Assembly: GCA_951406725.2 (NCBI GenBank)
Contig: OX597817.1
Span: forward strand, 127,100,001 to 127,164,000
DNA: 64,000 nucleotides
Reading direction: 5' to 3'
Origin: Octopus vulgaris
Taxonomy: Eukaryota
Shown: piece by piece, positions 25,564 to 41,715 of the stretch
Layout: every line of letters starts with the position of its first letter
How positions within the stretch are numbered: the first letter of the stretch is position 1
Notes under the pieces: model-generated
Databases searched by the model: none
Told to the model about the DNA's origin: nothing
What the model saw: only the letters and a program-made list of their open reading frames with translations
Position numbers and translations under genes: made by a program

Positions 25564-25695
<132 letters not shown>

Positions 25696-25979
25696 ATCAG
25701 AGGCAGTAATAATACCGACAAGTGGTAATATAATTGCCCCTTAAACGCGGATATTCTCTTTATACAATCTCCAATGCCTCAGGTACCATTAAAGAAACTA
25801 TCATATTGGCACTTGTTGCAAAATGCTCTGTTCAATACTACATTTGTCGCTAACATATATATGTGTGCGTGTGCGTGGGCATGTCAGTGTGTGTGTGCAC
25901 CCGCTTGTGATTTTGTATATAGATATACTGGTGGGTGAGTGAGCGTGTATATCTCTGTATCTATCTATCTATCTATCTA

Positions 25980-26029
<50 letters not shown>

Positions 26030-27398
26030 CATATATATATATTTGAATTTTGAGAGTGCTTCCGCTAACTATCTCACCATAAATAGGTGGGAACATTCTA
26101 AGTTCCAAGAACAGTTCTAGCATATACATTGGCTTTATATTAAGCACAACATACGCTATATAACAAATTGCACTATATGATGTCATATGACTTACTCTAA
26201 TACATACTGGTTTGTCTCGCAGACAAATTAGATCTTTTCCGTAGCACGCTTATTGATTATATATCGCAGAACATTTGAAAATTCTTCTGGGAATTGAATA
26301 TTAACGAAAATCAGAATTATGTATATGTACTATTGTTATTTTTCTTCTTTTTTAGTGGGGATTCTCATGTTGCTGTTTTCTATTGTTTTTCTTCCTTTTT
26401 TCATTTCACGAAAAAGTGTAGGCACATATACCTGCAACTAATTATACATTCGAGTATAAGTCGTCACAGAATCGACTGCATTGATATGTATTGTGCCCGA
26501 CATTTATTTCCTACTGGCATTATCATTTGAAATCCTGTTAAATATATATTGGAAGGCATATAGAACTAATGGAATTAATATGCGTTCTCGAAAGGTGCCG
26601 GGTAAAATCACACAAATTTATAAATATATGTTTTATCACCTATTATAATTGTGCTTTAATATTTCCTCAAGAGTTACTCCATCATCCTCCCAAATTGCTG
26701 ACGAATGCAAGTCACACTCTTATCGTTTTGCAAATATATACTCTTATGCAAATATATATACTCTTATGCAAATATATATAAACCGAGACATATACTTGTT
26801 TCCATGAGAATGAATAGCTTTCACATATAATTATTGGCTGTTGCTAAGAATGATGTTAATGATATCTTATGAATTCATATATAAAACTGATACCGATATA
26901 CAATAAACTGATACCGATAGACAATGTACTGATACCGATATACAATCCTCTATCCAAACTGTCAACAGGCACGCGTAAGCCTAATACGATACAAAGATTA
27001 ACTATATAGATATATACAAACACGGCGCGACTGCATCGATTTCAGAACTTTATCCATGAGTTAACGCAGGGTATCCAAAATATGTATAAACAGCCTTTCA
27101 CATAAAAACGCCAGTTAAATGCGAAACTGGAATACAGATAAAGAAGCAAATCAGTATAAAGTATACCCACATGACATTTTCATCAAAGAATGTCGATCTA
27201 ATAATTCTCTTAGAGAAAATGATATACACATCGGAATAGCATTTCCAACGATATAAAGGGAGCGAAGTAACAATGAATTCAGTATAATCAGTACGAGACT
27301 ATTCACAGGCATTGCCTGCATGAATTTATAAAACCAAAAATTCATGATAGCCGCACAGACACATATTCACATATATCCATACATACGTACACACATAT

Positions 27399-27825
<427 letters not shown>

Positions 27826-28039
27826 ACAGGAAACCAGTTTTAAGTATAAAATATTGATAGATATAACCCGACTACAGATTTATGTATTTATTTACTTCAT
27901 TGTTTCCTGCGACGTTAAATGAAAATGCATAAAAAGACGATATCAAGGAGGCACAAGGGAAATGTAAAAAAAACCGTAATGATAATATTAAAGCGAAGCG
28001 ATTCTAAATGCGTGCATTACATTGGAGGTATATATGCAC

Positions 28040-28790
<751 letters not shown>

Positions 28791-30887
28791 TCCATTTTAT
28801 GACGTATAATCTATTTGGCATATGTTGATGTATTCACGAAGGGGATATAATTCTGATGTTTTGTATACTACGTATATACAAAGTATTATGCGGTGCGAAC
28901 AAAAGGAAATGTCTGTTTTTTCCATATATATATTTATAATGTGTCCCAATGTTGAGAACTCTAGTATAAGAGTGCTACACACAATGGGGCTACTGATAAT
29001 TTACTCCCAAGGAGGATATTTTTCACTAACGCATATAGAAGCGGAAAAATTATCCAAACAAAATATGAAAGTATTTTTTCGCTTCGTTCATTTTATTCCT
29101 CTTTTTCATTCATCTTATAATTCAGTATATATCTATTGTTCCAAATCTCCAACACCAATGGTTATATTTTCTAAATTATCGTAATCTACTGATGGAGGAA
29201 GATTTCACTGTTTACCAAAGTTATATATAACGGTGTATAGTTGATCCAAAATAGTAATACGTTAAAATATTTGAAAATTACCCTGATCTCCGTTTACAAT
29301 TCCTTTCCATTCAGAGATTCATTTTTAAAGTTTAAGAACTAGTCGATTGCTATATTTGCCTTCAAGTCACTTTCTTGGTAAGTCCTTCCAGAACGATGAA
29401 CTTCCATCCGTACATTAGTTCTATATATAACACAAAATAAAACCAGATAACCTCTGAATTAAATAAGAGTTCACGAAAAATTATTCAAAAATAAAAAGAA
29501 AATCATCTTGTGTTTATATTACCATTAAACATTTGATCTTTCGTGGTCAGAGGTATCCATCAAAGAATAATTATCTCTATTGACTTTGAAAGCAACAGAA
29601 TGGAAAGATGCCACTTTTGTTATTAAGTTCAGGTCAATATTGATCGATGAAACACATGATTAACGGCGCAGAATGTTTCGCGTAGTTCATAAGATCGATT
29701 CTGACCCTTGCGGTCTCTGATACCACCATAATCTGCAGCCACCAGGGCACGATTTTTAATGATCCCCACGATTTGTCTAATAACTTGTGATACTAAGTGA
29801 TACTTCCAAGTGGAATTTGGTGATAATAGTTGTGAGAAATCTTGTCGTATGTACAGTTGTGTGTCTGTGAGCTGTGAGTGTGTGCGCGAATGTGTGTATG
29901 TATGCGTTCCTATGATGATTATCTTTAAGGGTTTGAACTAGTGATTTGTTCGTTAGATACGTGTTTAAAAGTAACGCTGTTGTTCGGAAAACTCATGTAT
30001 TCAATCATTGACCATTGCGCTATTTAAGCATACATCTGTATATGTCATATGCTTTAAAATCAAAGTTAATGCGCATCGTTTATTTTTCATTTCTTCACGT
30101 AAAACACTTATTAAATAACGATGAAATTTGCATCGTAAACAGTGTCCAAATTATTTAAATGTATTTCGAGATGGATGAAGACGAACCGTTTGCTGTTTAG
30201 CTTTGACTACGATTGGTTAATGTATATTCAGGGAATTGTCTACTGCAGAATCCGTCGTTATGCTTCGAATTTGCATTCCGGGAAATGCAATGTTTTCAAG
30301 AAAAATTTCATGAACAGTATATACATATTAATTATACGTAGACCTTATCAGACTTTTATATTTGCTGTTCCATTAGGATGTAGTTGATCAAGTTATAGAA
30401 TCCTAATTCATGTGCATCCGCATAGAAGCTGATCATATTATTTACTGAAAAATTTGTTGCTGATGGACAATTATTCTAAGACTGAATGAAATCGTTCAAG
30501 CTACAGTAAGAATTGCTGCCTGATTTATTCTTAGTTAAAAATTCTCTTTTAGAAAGGAAATGGGCAGCATATCAGTAGAAACGTTAGCAGCGAATAGGAG
30601 CCGTGAAAATCGCGATGGCTAGCAAAATATTCTTCCGCTCTAAAGTGACATGCACCGATGACTCGGGTTAATCAACTCAACTCAACAACTGGCCACGATT
30701 AAAGCGTCAACGCTTGAGGTAGCATTGTATATTTTTACTACAGCTATCCAGCTACCGAAGGGATATATACCAACAAACATATACTAAAATGATAACGACA
30801 CGCGTGCGCGCGTATGCATATGTTTATGCATGCATATATATACATATATATATATATGTGTATATATACATGTATGTATATATATAT

Positions 30888-31303
30888 AGGGTGTTTATTG
30901 GACACCCTGCAGGATGAAAAACAAAACCCGTCAAAGGGCGGATGAACTCTTGAGAGTCATCCAATAAATGTCTTAAGGATGTATCATGCGCGGGGACATA
31001 GAAATAATCGGGCTGAATACCCGATCGCGCGGTTAAACATTGGGAGTGATGGACACCTAGCCCTCTAGGAGAAGGTAACTCAGGAAACTGGGATAACTCC
31101 AACATAAAACCTGCGGCTCAGTGGTTACCGATGATGTTGACTTGTTCTTCTTTTCGGATTATGGCTACTGCTGCTTAGTGAGTGGGTTTGACTCAGTGCA
31201 CAGCCTTTCCTCACTTTAAAAAATCTTGCACAGGCATTGCACAATAACAACATAGATTAAACTTCGTCCAATGACCATACTCGATAACGAGGGGGCAGCC
31301 ACC
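30888..31303 (+). mobile_element. Non-autonomous RTE-like LINE derivative (leader fused to 3' tail), 5'-truncated
   Basis: Highly similar to the minus-strand copy at 57176-57846. Contains ctaggagaaggtaactc...aaacc (RTE-leader-like) and ends ccatactcgataacgagggggcagcca. Inserted in (TA)n. Confidence 0.7.
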
Positions 31304-32483
31304 CTATATATATATATATTTAAAGTCACACATAGGCGCAAAACAAGATGATCCAATATTACTCAGAAACGAAAGGTAGAATAAAATAATAAAGTCGATG
31401 TATAAATTGGTATGTTGCTAAGGGTTAACGCAAAGTCTGTTTTGCTAAAGGCATTTATTAAACTGGTGTTGCTGCTTTTAAATATAAGTTTGCTCTTAAA
31501 CATAAGTAGTTTCATGACTGTCATGAAAGACGTTCATTTTAGGTGCCTACTCACATTTTAATGATTTATCGCTTTATTAATGTGACACGGTGTAATCTGA
31601 GAGTGCCTTCTACGAAATTTTCGGAAAGTCTGAGCAACCAGAATTTCGTTCTTTTGGTAGTGTTTCATGCAACAAGTGATGATGTTAGATTTATGTGCGG
31701 AATGTCAGTAACACTCAAATATCGCCCCATTTTAGCAAATAATATAGGTGCTGTAGATATGTTAGTACGTTACACAGAATGTATCACATATGTATTTCAA
31801 GCATCAAAGGTAATGGGAATTTGTAATTTCAAATTGGTGTGCATAGCATATACGAAGAAGTGTATCAATTCGAAACTGTTAAAAGAGGGATATAGTTTTA
31901 ATGAATTTGTAAAAGTTCATTTTCCTGAGAATATTATTTTCGCTTCATAGCACCAGGTCAGAAATTATAGCCAACATATTGTTGGCACAAAATACCAATT
32001 CCATTTTTGATAAATGTTTGCTTTGCGTTAGATTAAATTTCATTTTTTGCTGACTAATAATGAATTATAGAAGAGATTATATAGAATGTACACATATACA
32101 TAGATACAAAACAATATGTGTGGATACAAATATATGTCCGTGTACATATATGCATATATATGTATAAACACACACACGTATACACACAAGCACACGCACA
32201 CACATATATATATATACACGCATATACATATATGTGTATGTATATATGTATTGATATAAGTAAGTATTGTGTATGCTTATATGTATGTAAGTGTTAGATT
32301 ACTGCCTGTGTTTCATTTTCCATTTGCTGTACACGAAAATACTTGTTCATTGCATTGAAATAATCCAAACTTTAGGCTAGATTTAAAATCTAAAATGCAC
32401 AACGGATCATTTTCAAATGCTGTAAAGGTACTCAATTAATTTAAATATTCATATTATATTTATCATGTAAATCTCTTCCAGTG

Positions 32484-32570
<87 letters not shown>

Positions 32571-32572
<2 letters not shown>

Positions 32573-33909
32573 CAAAATAAGGAGATATACAAAATAATAT
32601 AATATATCACACAGTCGTTACTGAATTCCAAACCAAAACAATACTAATGTAAAAATGAAGAAAGATATATTACAAAAAAATAGCAATAAGCAGGATAATG
32701 CAAAACAAATTAAAGAACACCACCAAGATATTGTGAAGAAGCCGTCAATTTAAAATGTGTTGACGGCTTTATTTGGGATGCGTAATTGTCTTCATGTTTA
32801 ATAATTCTTCAAATGTATATGTTAAAGGGAATTATTGCTTTTAGCCTTTATATGAAAGTTAACATTTTTTCTAGAAATATATTATGGTTGATAACTATTA
32901 ATTTACTTTAGTGGTATATTATCGAATGATGTGCTGAATCGAAGGTTCCACCTTATTTGGTTGCACTTCAAAATATTATCTTGGGATTTATTGACGTTAT
33001 CAACTTCTGTGAGTGCTTGCATAGTTTCGTTTTGTCATTCGCTGAGGCTTTTCTGGGTGTTTATACATCCACTTGTCATTATACAACAATGTTTCTGATT
33101 GAAAGAAATTCAAATTCGGTAATGCCTGCTAATGTATTCCACGGTGTTGTGTGGTTAATTATTTCTTCTGAGCTCCAAATATTCTAAAGAGACTTAATAG
33201 GATTTGGTCCTCACTTTATGATTATATGACGCTGTACAGTAACGATGTCCAATCTTTTCAAAAATATATCTTTATTATTCCCCGGATACATTATTGCAGT
33301 AATAATTTTGAAAGCTGTGGGGAAACAGACTATCGTTTTCGAGTTTATATGGGCGTATATGCCTTCATTCGTGCTTACCTAATTGTTTACTTTCCATCAG
33401 CCAAAGATGCGTTGTATCCTGCTCTTTCATCATTTGGTAAATGTCATTTAAAATGGTTAAGAGTGTCTCTAAATATTTTTGCAGGACATTTGAGATGGTA
33501 AAACCACCTGTACGTTCCTTCATGTGATTTTTGGTGGTGCCTTGTGTCGATGTCAAACGAAGACTCTATAGATATTCTGTTGGTGATTTTAATAATATTC
33601 TCCGTTGTGTTTGAATCACGTCCCTCCTATACTCTTCAAATATTCTTGTTCTTGGTAATGAATTGTATTATATATTTTGACTTGAGGGGAAGATTCGTTT
33701 TCTGCAAAATATCGTTGACATATTTTGTTTACAGCTTCTTTACAATTTTTCGCAGGTGTTCTTTAATTTTCTTTTTCCTTTTTCCTCTTTGTTGCTATTT
33801 TTCTGTAATATCTTTTTCATTTTTGTAGTCGTAATGTTTTGGTATGGACTTCATTAATAACTATGTGATATGTTATATTATTTCGTATAATTTCTCTTTA
33901 TTTTGTTTA
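32571..33909 (-). mobile_element. Penelope-like remnant (GIY-YIG fragment) with inverted ~150-200-bp flanks
   Basis: Arms 32571-32770 and 33705-33909 are reverse-complementary. The internal minus strand has frameshifted VVYHLKCP...KYLET...EGIYAHIN segments resembling GIY-YIG (~33340-33520). Confidence 0.6.
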
Positions 33910-36282
33910 CTGTGTTTGTTCTTTCATATTTTTCTACACCACCGGTAGCTTCCTACTGTGGTTGCAGCCTACCTTCTACTTCAACAAGTGCTATTGAAAT
34001 TAGTCTTCGTTTTCATTAAATCCATGCTGTCCAAGTTTGCTGTTTCTATAAGCGAAGGCACTTTCAGTGATAAATTTTATTCTTCGACAAGTACTTCATC
34101 TAGAGCATAGAAAGATATCATATGGATTTTAAAGCTTTAGACACCATGCTCATTATTTTCATCCAGAAGAGAGTCTTGTATTATAGAATCATAAACCTAT
34201 ATAATAATACATATTCAGATACATCACGTGTACGTGCATCTAATTTGTTACTAGTTAATCTTTATAACACCACATTTAAGTAATACTTTGTATCCATTAA
34301 ACTTTTCATTCTTCCAATCAGCAATGTATGATTAATCATTTATATGACATACGACAGATCTTATTTAAATCTACCCTCGCTTATAACATTTATAATTCAT
34401 AATTATAGAAACCCAATTTTAGGAAATGGCATTCAATGTAGATTCGAAGACCCACATTATGTACTATCTCACTAGTGATCTATTGATATGAGATTGATTT
34501 TAAAAGCAAGCGTATGTGCTAATGTTTGGTATGCAGCACGTGCATATATCTAATTCTTCGTATCTGAAATGAAACAGCATTCACAAATGTGTCAATTAAT
34601 TGACAGAGCAGAGAGTGCGGAGGGCTAAATCAATAAAATAGTAATCATATAATTTAAAGATAGCCAGTCACTCTTAAGAACTGCAATTATCCATGTTTAT
34701 GAAATCCTACTCTGTAAGTTTCATGCCAACGTTTTATTCTCAGTTTGGGACAGCGATTTTCAATTGAATATTGGTAGACATTTATTAATGCATTTGTATA
34801 ACTGTATTTAGGAGGAACGCTTTATTGATTGAGCTTGTATACTGAAACCTCCCTTATATGAAAGAAGGATGGGTCTTGTGTCATCATTCTTCTTCATACA
34901 CATGAAAGTTCGATGGCCTCATCATACAATACTCCACAATCAAAAGCTCCAGGTAAGTTAAATTGTGAAACTTTGGGCTAAAATGCAATAAGAAATACGT
35001 CCTTAAACGGAAGTACAATGGGTTTAAGTTATAAAATATTGGAGCAAATTGCTGCTACTTTTTAGTCACAATCACCCAGAGGACGTGCACGTATGAAAGG
35101 CATTTTTGCCATGACCCTCTCATCATCTTAGATATATTTGATCTAAATTATATTACCCTATATTTCTTTCACTGTAAATAGTCTAAAGCGAGGTTTTAGA
35201 TGAATCTGGCGCATGTCGGACGGCCACCAGAAGTTCCGTTTGCCTCCTTATTAAGGGTTAGTGGCCACATGTGCATATAACAATACCAACAGCAACTAAA
35301 CTAACAAAATAATCAATTTGATTCATATAAGCAATAAAGATTTAGTATCGCCGAAAAATATCATATTTAATTTTTGTTTCACCTAGTAACTATTTACGTT
35401 AGGTTAACAAAGTAATTCAGTGATTCCAGATAAAACATTCCCTAGATTCTTTCATAAATGCTGCTAGTTTGTCGATATTCTTGCTTGTGTATTTTAATGT
35501 TCAGGATTAATCATTGGTTTCAAAAGCGGCAATAAAACAGTAGGGACGATATTCTTATACTTGATCTTATTCTTGCATTCTCTGTATTCTTCATTTAGTA
35601 TTCGCTTTCACGTTGTTGATGTCCGATGTTGAAATGCAATCTCTACGTTGGATATTAACAAACATAATGCGGGCAAAATAAAGATTCAGTAGAATATAAA
35701 AAAAAAACTTATTTAAATTAAGCACTAGAAGACGTGGTATATTTCTATCCCGCCAGCAAAAAAAAAAAACAAAATAAAAAAAAATTAAATTATATGATTG
35801 ACAGGACTGTTAATAACCAATAAAAATATCAATTATACAAGAATCCCTAGAATTGTGAAATGGGGAAAGCGAGATATTGAGAGGAAGCCTTAGCACTAAA
35901 GGACATCGAATACATCACAAGTTATTGCCAATTAATAAATGTCAGAGAAGACACCGCAAAATTCTATGTTTTTAATCGACCATTGATATATTGCAGGTGA
36001 GCAGTCTTTAATGAGATATTGAATATTCTCATGGTACCTGCGATTAAGATGACTGGATGGTTTAGGAACGCATTTGTTAGATCCATGATTCGGTCCTTCG
36101 ATCAGACAGTGTTCCTCTTGCTCGAGTAAGGCTAGTTCAAAATTAGCATAGGTGGCAGATTATGTTGAAACCAACCTTTACAAAACAGGAAACCCTAAAT
36201 CATATGTGTGTGTGTGAACTATCGTAGAATGTATACATTTCAAATTTAACCAGTTCTCTATAGATTTAAAAGAAAAATAGGT

Positions 36283-36330
36283 GGACTTGATCGATTTCCC
36301 AGCCTTATTGGATACTCGTCAGATGTGTCT
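36283..36330 (-). ncRNA. Degenerate minimal hammerhead motif
   Basis: Minus strand reads ACAU-CUGACGA-GUAUCCAAUAAGGCUGG-GAAA-UCGA-UC-AAGU. The core is intact with palindromic AUCGAU stem III, but stems I and II carry mismatches. Confidence 0.5.
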
Positions 36331-36742
36331 ATGTCATTTAACCTCTACAAGGGAAACAAGCAGCTGATGTGCTTATATCGTCAACAAACCCAGTCGCATC
36401 AGAGAACTGGAGCTACTAATTTATATACCATGTGTTTAAGAATTTATTTTATACCAGCAACTTGTCAACGGGGATCTCGGTTCACTCAATATCAAGGTGG
36501 GGTATAAATTAAGCTTTGTTATAAGACATACACTCATAGCCAATTCAACTAATTCTCCGAAGACTGAAAAAAATTACAAATAACCATAATCGATTTTCAA
36601 AACTTACTAGAGTCTCATACTTTTCAACCAGCTTCTATCATGGAATCTTAGGCAACGCACTTTCATTTTGGCCCCGGTTCTTTCAATGACTTACGAGTTA
36701 ATTTGATAGGCGGGAACGATGTAAAATACCTTGCGTATATGT

Positions 36743-36943
<201 letters not shown>

Positions 36944-37382
36944 CTTGCCTGTACCATTGTGTTTTTTCTCTCTCTACTTCTTGACATCCGATACAGGTCT
37001 CTTCTCAACCCCATACTTTATATGTGTGTGTGGTTTATTTGTATACATGTGTGCAAGTGTGTATCTATATATGTATATTTATACTGAGAAGTGTAACGTA
37101 GACTATGCGTGCAACTGAAATTAAACTATTCGATAGCTTAAATCAGTTCATGAGGTGCATATAAATCATAAAGACCAGGAGGCATGAAATATAGATATAT
37201 TTATTTAAGTACTTGTCATCCTAAGGATCGTGTCCATCTTTATATAGTAATAATTTCAGTGGTAAGGAAATTACACATACATGTTTGCATCGTTCTACAT
37301 AATCAGCATTATAAAGTACAATTGTATATTAATAAATCAGTGGAAATACAGAAAGCTTTTCATCACCTCACATCCCATACCT

Positions 37383-37422
<40 letters not shown>

Positions 37423-37424
<2 letters not shown>

Positions 37425-37620
37425 CGTTAGCATGTCGGGCAAAATGCTTAGAGGCGGTTTGTCCATCTTTACGATCTTACCTCAAATTCCTCGGAGGTCA
37501 ACTTTGATTTTCACCCTTTTGGAGTCAATAAAATAAGTATCAGTTGAACTCTGAAGTTGATGCAATTGACATATCCCTTCTATTGAAACTGCTGGCTTCG
37601 TGACGAAATTTGAAATCAAT
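37423..37620 (+). mobile_element. SINE family A
   Basis: atcgttagcatgtcgggcaaaatgctta...aataaaataagtatcag...aaatttgaaatcaat. Confidence 0.85.
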
Positions 37621-38212
37621 ATATCGCACACTTTGTCGGTATACATAATATCCTATGGTAATATGTACGGATCAGCTGCACTCGTTTTGAACACTTGAGT
37701 TTATCATCCACCGAGCATACACTTTCAGACATTAATTTTACACATAGAGTTTCGAAGGCATAAATGAACAGCAAATATTTGTAACTACTTTGAAGCTCAA
37801 ATCCACAAAAACTGTCTTCTGGCCAAAACAAGGTGGAGTTTTTAAGTTCTTAAAATTCATACGATTTCCTGTAAGAGTGGAGTTGCTGACAATAGCATAT
37901 CCTGAAATTAGCAACCGTACACTATAATTTTCGTAAGTGCTAACCCGCGTATACCCTAGTAGCAATAGCACGGTGAAATCTGTAAGTACATGCAAACACT
38001 CACCCATACAACCAACAATAAGACATACACATACCTAAAACATGGATATACATATATATTACATACATATACATACACATATATATGTGTATGTATACAT
38101 AAATATATGCGTGTGTGTGTGTGTGTGTGTTTGAGTATGTGTTTGTGTATACTTGAGCAAAGCAGTTCATTTCACGTTGATCCAGTCAACTTACCTGAAA
38201 AAAATAATTACT

Positions 38213-38308
38213 CCTGCGACAGACCAGCGTCCATTCAGATGGGGAATGTACATGCCATGGAAACCGAGTAAACGGTCCTATGAATCTATAGGACTCGCGA
38301 AGGAACAT
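38213..38308 (+). mobile_element. V-SINE-like core fragment
   Basis: cctgcgacagaccagcgtccattcagatgggga...ccatggaaaccg resembles the V-domain consensus, followed by a gtcctat/ataggac hairpin. Confidence 0.45.
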
Positions 38309-39426
38309 TTTGTTTTTAAATACACATATATGTATGTATGTATATATGTATGTATGTATATATGTATGTATGTATGTATGTATGCATGTATGTATGTATG
38401 TATGTATGCAATCTCTGACAACTATCTATGATTTATTCTACAATATATGGTACAGTACCAAAATTCTTCACCATAAATAGAAGCTAATCCAATTTACATG
38501 GAACATTATCTATACAAAATATTCATTTCAGTTACACACCTTATCTCTTCTGTCCCTCGTTCACTGTAGAAACGAATCTTTTGGAACTAATCAATCTTTT
38601 CCAAAAGTCTACGTACAAATTTTAAGTAGTCTCTGTTACTGTCATGATTTAATGTTATAAACGAGACAACAGGCATCTGTTGCAACTGCACTTAAAGTTG
38701 ACTAATATTGAAATAGACGTTACATTAGTAAGTGTATCAAAACTGTTTGAAGCGTATTTCTTAAGCACAAGCTGACGGTATTTTTTAAAATAAAACAATT
38801 AGAGCAGATTCGCTCACACAAGAACGTGTGTATAATTTAAGCGAAATTATCTAACAAAAGAAATGAAAGAGAGACTGTAGCCTCACCTCAGAGCGGAGTG
38901 CGAATTTTATAAAAAAACACACTTTAATCCATTTCCATAATTAAACGCCCATGGAATAAAACACTTTCGAAGGTAACTCAGTTAATAATTACTGCTTAAA
39001 AATCGGAAGTAAAAGATAGCTTCGTATATCTTTTCTCATTTTCCCAAAGCTAAATTTATACATTTCACAAGGGACCAAAAGAAATTTTGCGAAGGTAGTA
39101 CGACAAACAATCAAGTACAATGGATTACGTAATACTCAGAAACGAAATAGATGCGCAACGATAACTATATGTTTATATGAGTGAGTGAGTATATATAGAT
39201 AGATAGATAGAGAAACACACACATATATAGAGAAACACACACACATATATATATGTGTGCACATTTATATATATATGCACATTTATATATATATGTATGT
39301 ATATATGTATGTGTGTGTGAATATATATCTTAAGTATAAAGAGGAAGTGGAGAGAATGCAAATTATCTTAATAACTGAAGTGAAATTTTAGTCTTCTAGA
39401 TAGTAACAAAAAAAGAAAATAAACTA

Positions 39427-39550
39427 CAGTGATGCCTCGATATACGAGTTAATTTTTCCCCCACGTAAACCACTCGTAAAACGAAAACGCGTAAAACAGA
39501 GCAATAATTTCCCATAGTAGCAATGTTATAAATTCTAATTCATTCCTAGA
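39427..39550 (+). mobile_element. Tigger/pogo-like DNA transposon left end
   Basis: TA|CAGTGATGCCTCGATATACGAG terminal motif, repeated cgtaaaac and ttcccatag subterminal motifs. No matching right end was found. Confidence 0.65.
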
Positions 39551-39639
39551 ATAATATTTCAACTATAAAATTCATAATGAATAAATGGCAATATATCAAC
39601 TGTAAAATGTCAAAATATTTTATGTAAAGAAAAAGGAAT

Positions 39640-41715
39640 GTCAAGATCGTTTATAAGAAAAAAACCCACATCACCAATACGAAGGAAACGATGATACGGG
39701 AGTATGTGGAGAGAGAGAAGACGCTCAATGCTCATATGATGATGTTGTTAGACATCTTAGGGGCAAAAAAGGACACGGCCATCAACTTCCAGGCCACTAA
39801 TAACAACATCCCGGGACTGTATGGGCTACGCAAGGACCATAAGACGACCGCTGACATAATAACAGGACAACCAACGAAACCAGTCTGCGGAACCAATGTT
39901 ACGCACAACTACCGGATCTCCATCTTCCACTTTAGGATAACACGCCCTCTGATCAAAATCTTTCCAGATGTGTGTGATAGCACAAAGGACATTCCCAGGA
40001 GAGTCGATGAATGAAACCATGCTTACGACCTGACGGGATGCATAATTGGCAGTATGGATGTAGTATCAATGTACCCATCCATTGATATTGATTTTTCTGT
40101 GGAGAAATGTGTGGAGGTGATCAGTGAGAGTCATGTGGAGTTTCGTGGTGTTATCACATAAGAACTGGACCTCTTCCTGAGACTGACATGCAACAATGAT
40201 TACTTAGATGAACATGACCTTAGTCATTTCTGACCCACTAGAATTGGTAAGACTATAAATTCTATCGCCAAGAAGACTCCTAAAGAGAAATAAAACGGGT
40301 GGCCCAGAGCTATACGGAACCCCGAAAACGTTGATCGGGTTAAAAAGATGGACGCACATGCGTGGAGTGCGAGTAACAAGACCACGCTCAAGGGCCACAT
40401 ATGCAATCTTTATGACAAGATATACGCCCGAAGGAAGGTGTAGCCTTCGATGTCAGTATCGCTGGGGATACGGCCACCCTATTTATGGTACAATCCCAGG
40501 ATGTTGTTATTAGTGGCCTGGAAGTTGATGGTGGAATAGGAAACTCAAAGGAAAATTAGCAGAGAACTTCATAATCTTAACCATGTACTCCCGCTTTGTG
40601 GATGATCTGAACATAGTAGCCAAAGCACCCTTACAAGACAATGTTAATGATCTAGAAGCTAACACAATGGAGAGCATCCAGCAAAAAGCTAACTCCATCC
40701 ACCAGCGTATAAATGTAACGATACACCACCTTAACAAGCACCCTAACTATAGCCTACCGTTTTACACACGAAACTCTGGCTAGAAACTAAGAACAGTAAG
40801 GTCTAGAGCCTTCACTCCTATTCTTTCAAACTCATGGCTTCTATGTAACTTGTTCACAAAAAGCACAGCTATTGCTGACAACCCCAAGTTCAACATCCTT
40901 ATAGTTGACTTGGTGAGAGTGGCGAGGAATGTGTCTTGCATGTGCGACCCTATGGAATTGAAAAGACACATGCAACACTTCATCCACTGCATGCAGTACT
41001 CTGGTTACAAAGGGACAGAATGAGAGTGTAGAAAGGATCCAGGACTAAGTACAAAGCCATCATATAGGGTGATGCTAAGGAGATATGCCCGCTATACTGG
41101 AGTAAACCCAGAAACAGCACAGAAAGGACCAGAAATAAGACAGATAATGCCAACTCATGGCATGCCAACAAAAATATCAGAGTCTCAGGTTCGTTAATGC
41201 TACTTCTGGCAACGAACTAACATACATTTTTAGAAAACATTAAGTAACACTAATTTACGGATTAAAGTAGTAGAAAGGACTGGTGACTCTGTAAAATTCA
41301 TGATCCGTAGAACTTATCCCTTTGATAAGGCCCCATGTAGGGGAAGCAATTTTACTGTATGTAGGATGAACCCACGGGTTAACTAAGGTTAGGAATATAG
41401 TGTATAGCTTCCGATGTACTGAGGTACAGTGCAGAAACACGACAACTACTTACATTGAAGAAACTGTACGTAGCAGAGGGGAGCGTATATGTGAACACTA
41501 GTGAGATCTCAAAGAAGACGCAGACTCTACCAACACGGCCAAGAAGAACATAGAAGCTTAATAAATAGCATAGAGGTTTCGGTATTATAGATGTATAGAT
41601 GTGACACGACGCTTAGACAGATCACAGAGTCTACACACATTACAATAGACAGACAGAGCCTCAATAGAAATCACGAATGGAGCTGAGGGGAAGGTTATAG
41701 TGCTACTAAGAACAC
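39640..41715 (+). mobile_element. Penelope-like retroelement (Neptune-like), RT + GIY-YIG, pseudogenised
   Basis: In order: PGLYGLRKDHK...PTKPVC (RT1/2), GSMDVVSMYPSI (motif A), EG..F.VSIAG (B), MYSRFVDD (C), HCMQYSGY, a decayed Cys linker PFDKAPCRGSNFTVC, and NIVYSFRCTEVQC...TYIEETVRSRGERICEH (GIY-YIG). Many stops and frameshifts. Confidence 0.9.

Noticed and set aside
32725-32793. Hammerhead-like arrangement (GUGAAGA, 10-bp stem aagccgtcaa/ttgacggctt, GUA)
   Set aside because: C3 is altered and the essential GAAA is absent. The homologous inverted arm lacks the hairpin.
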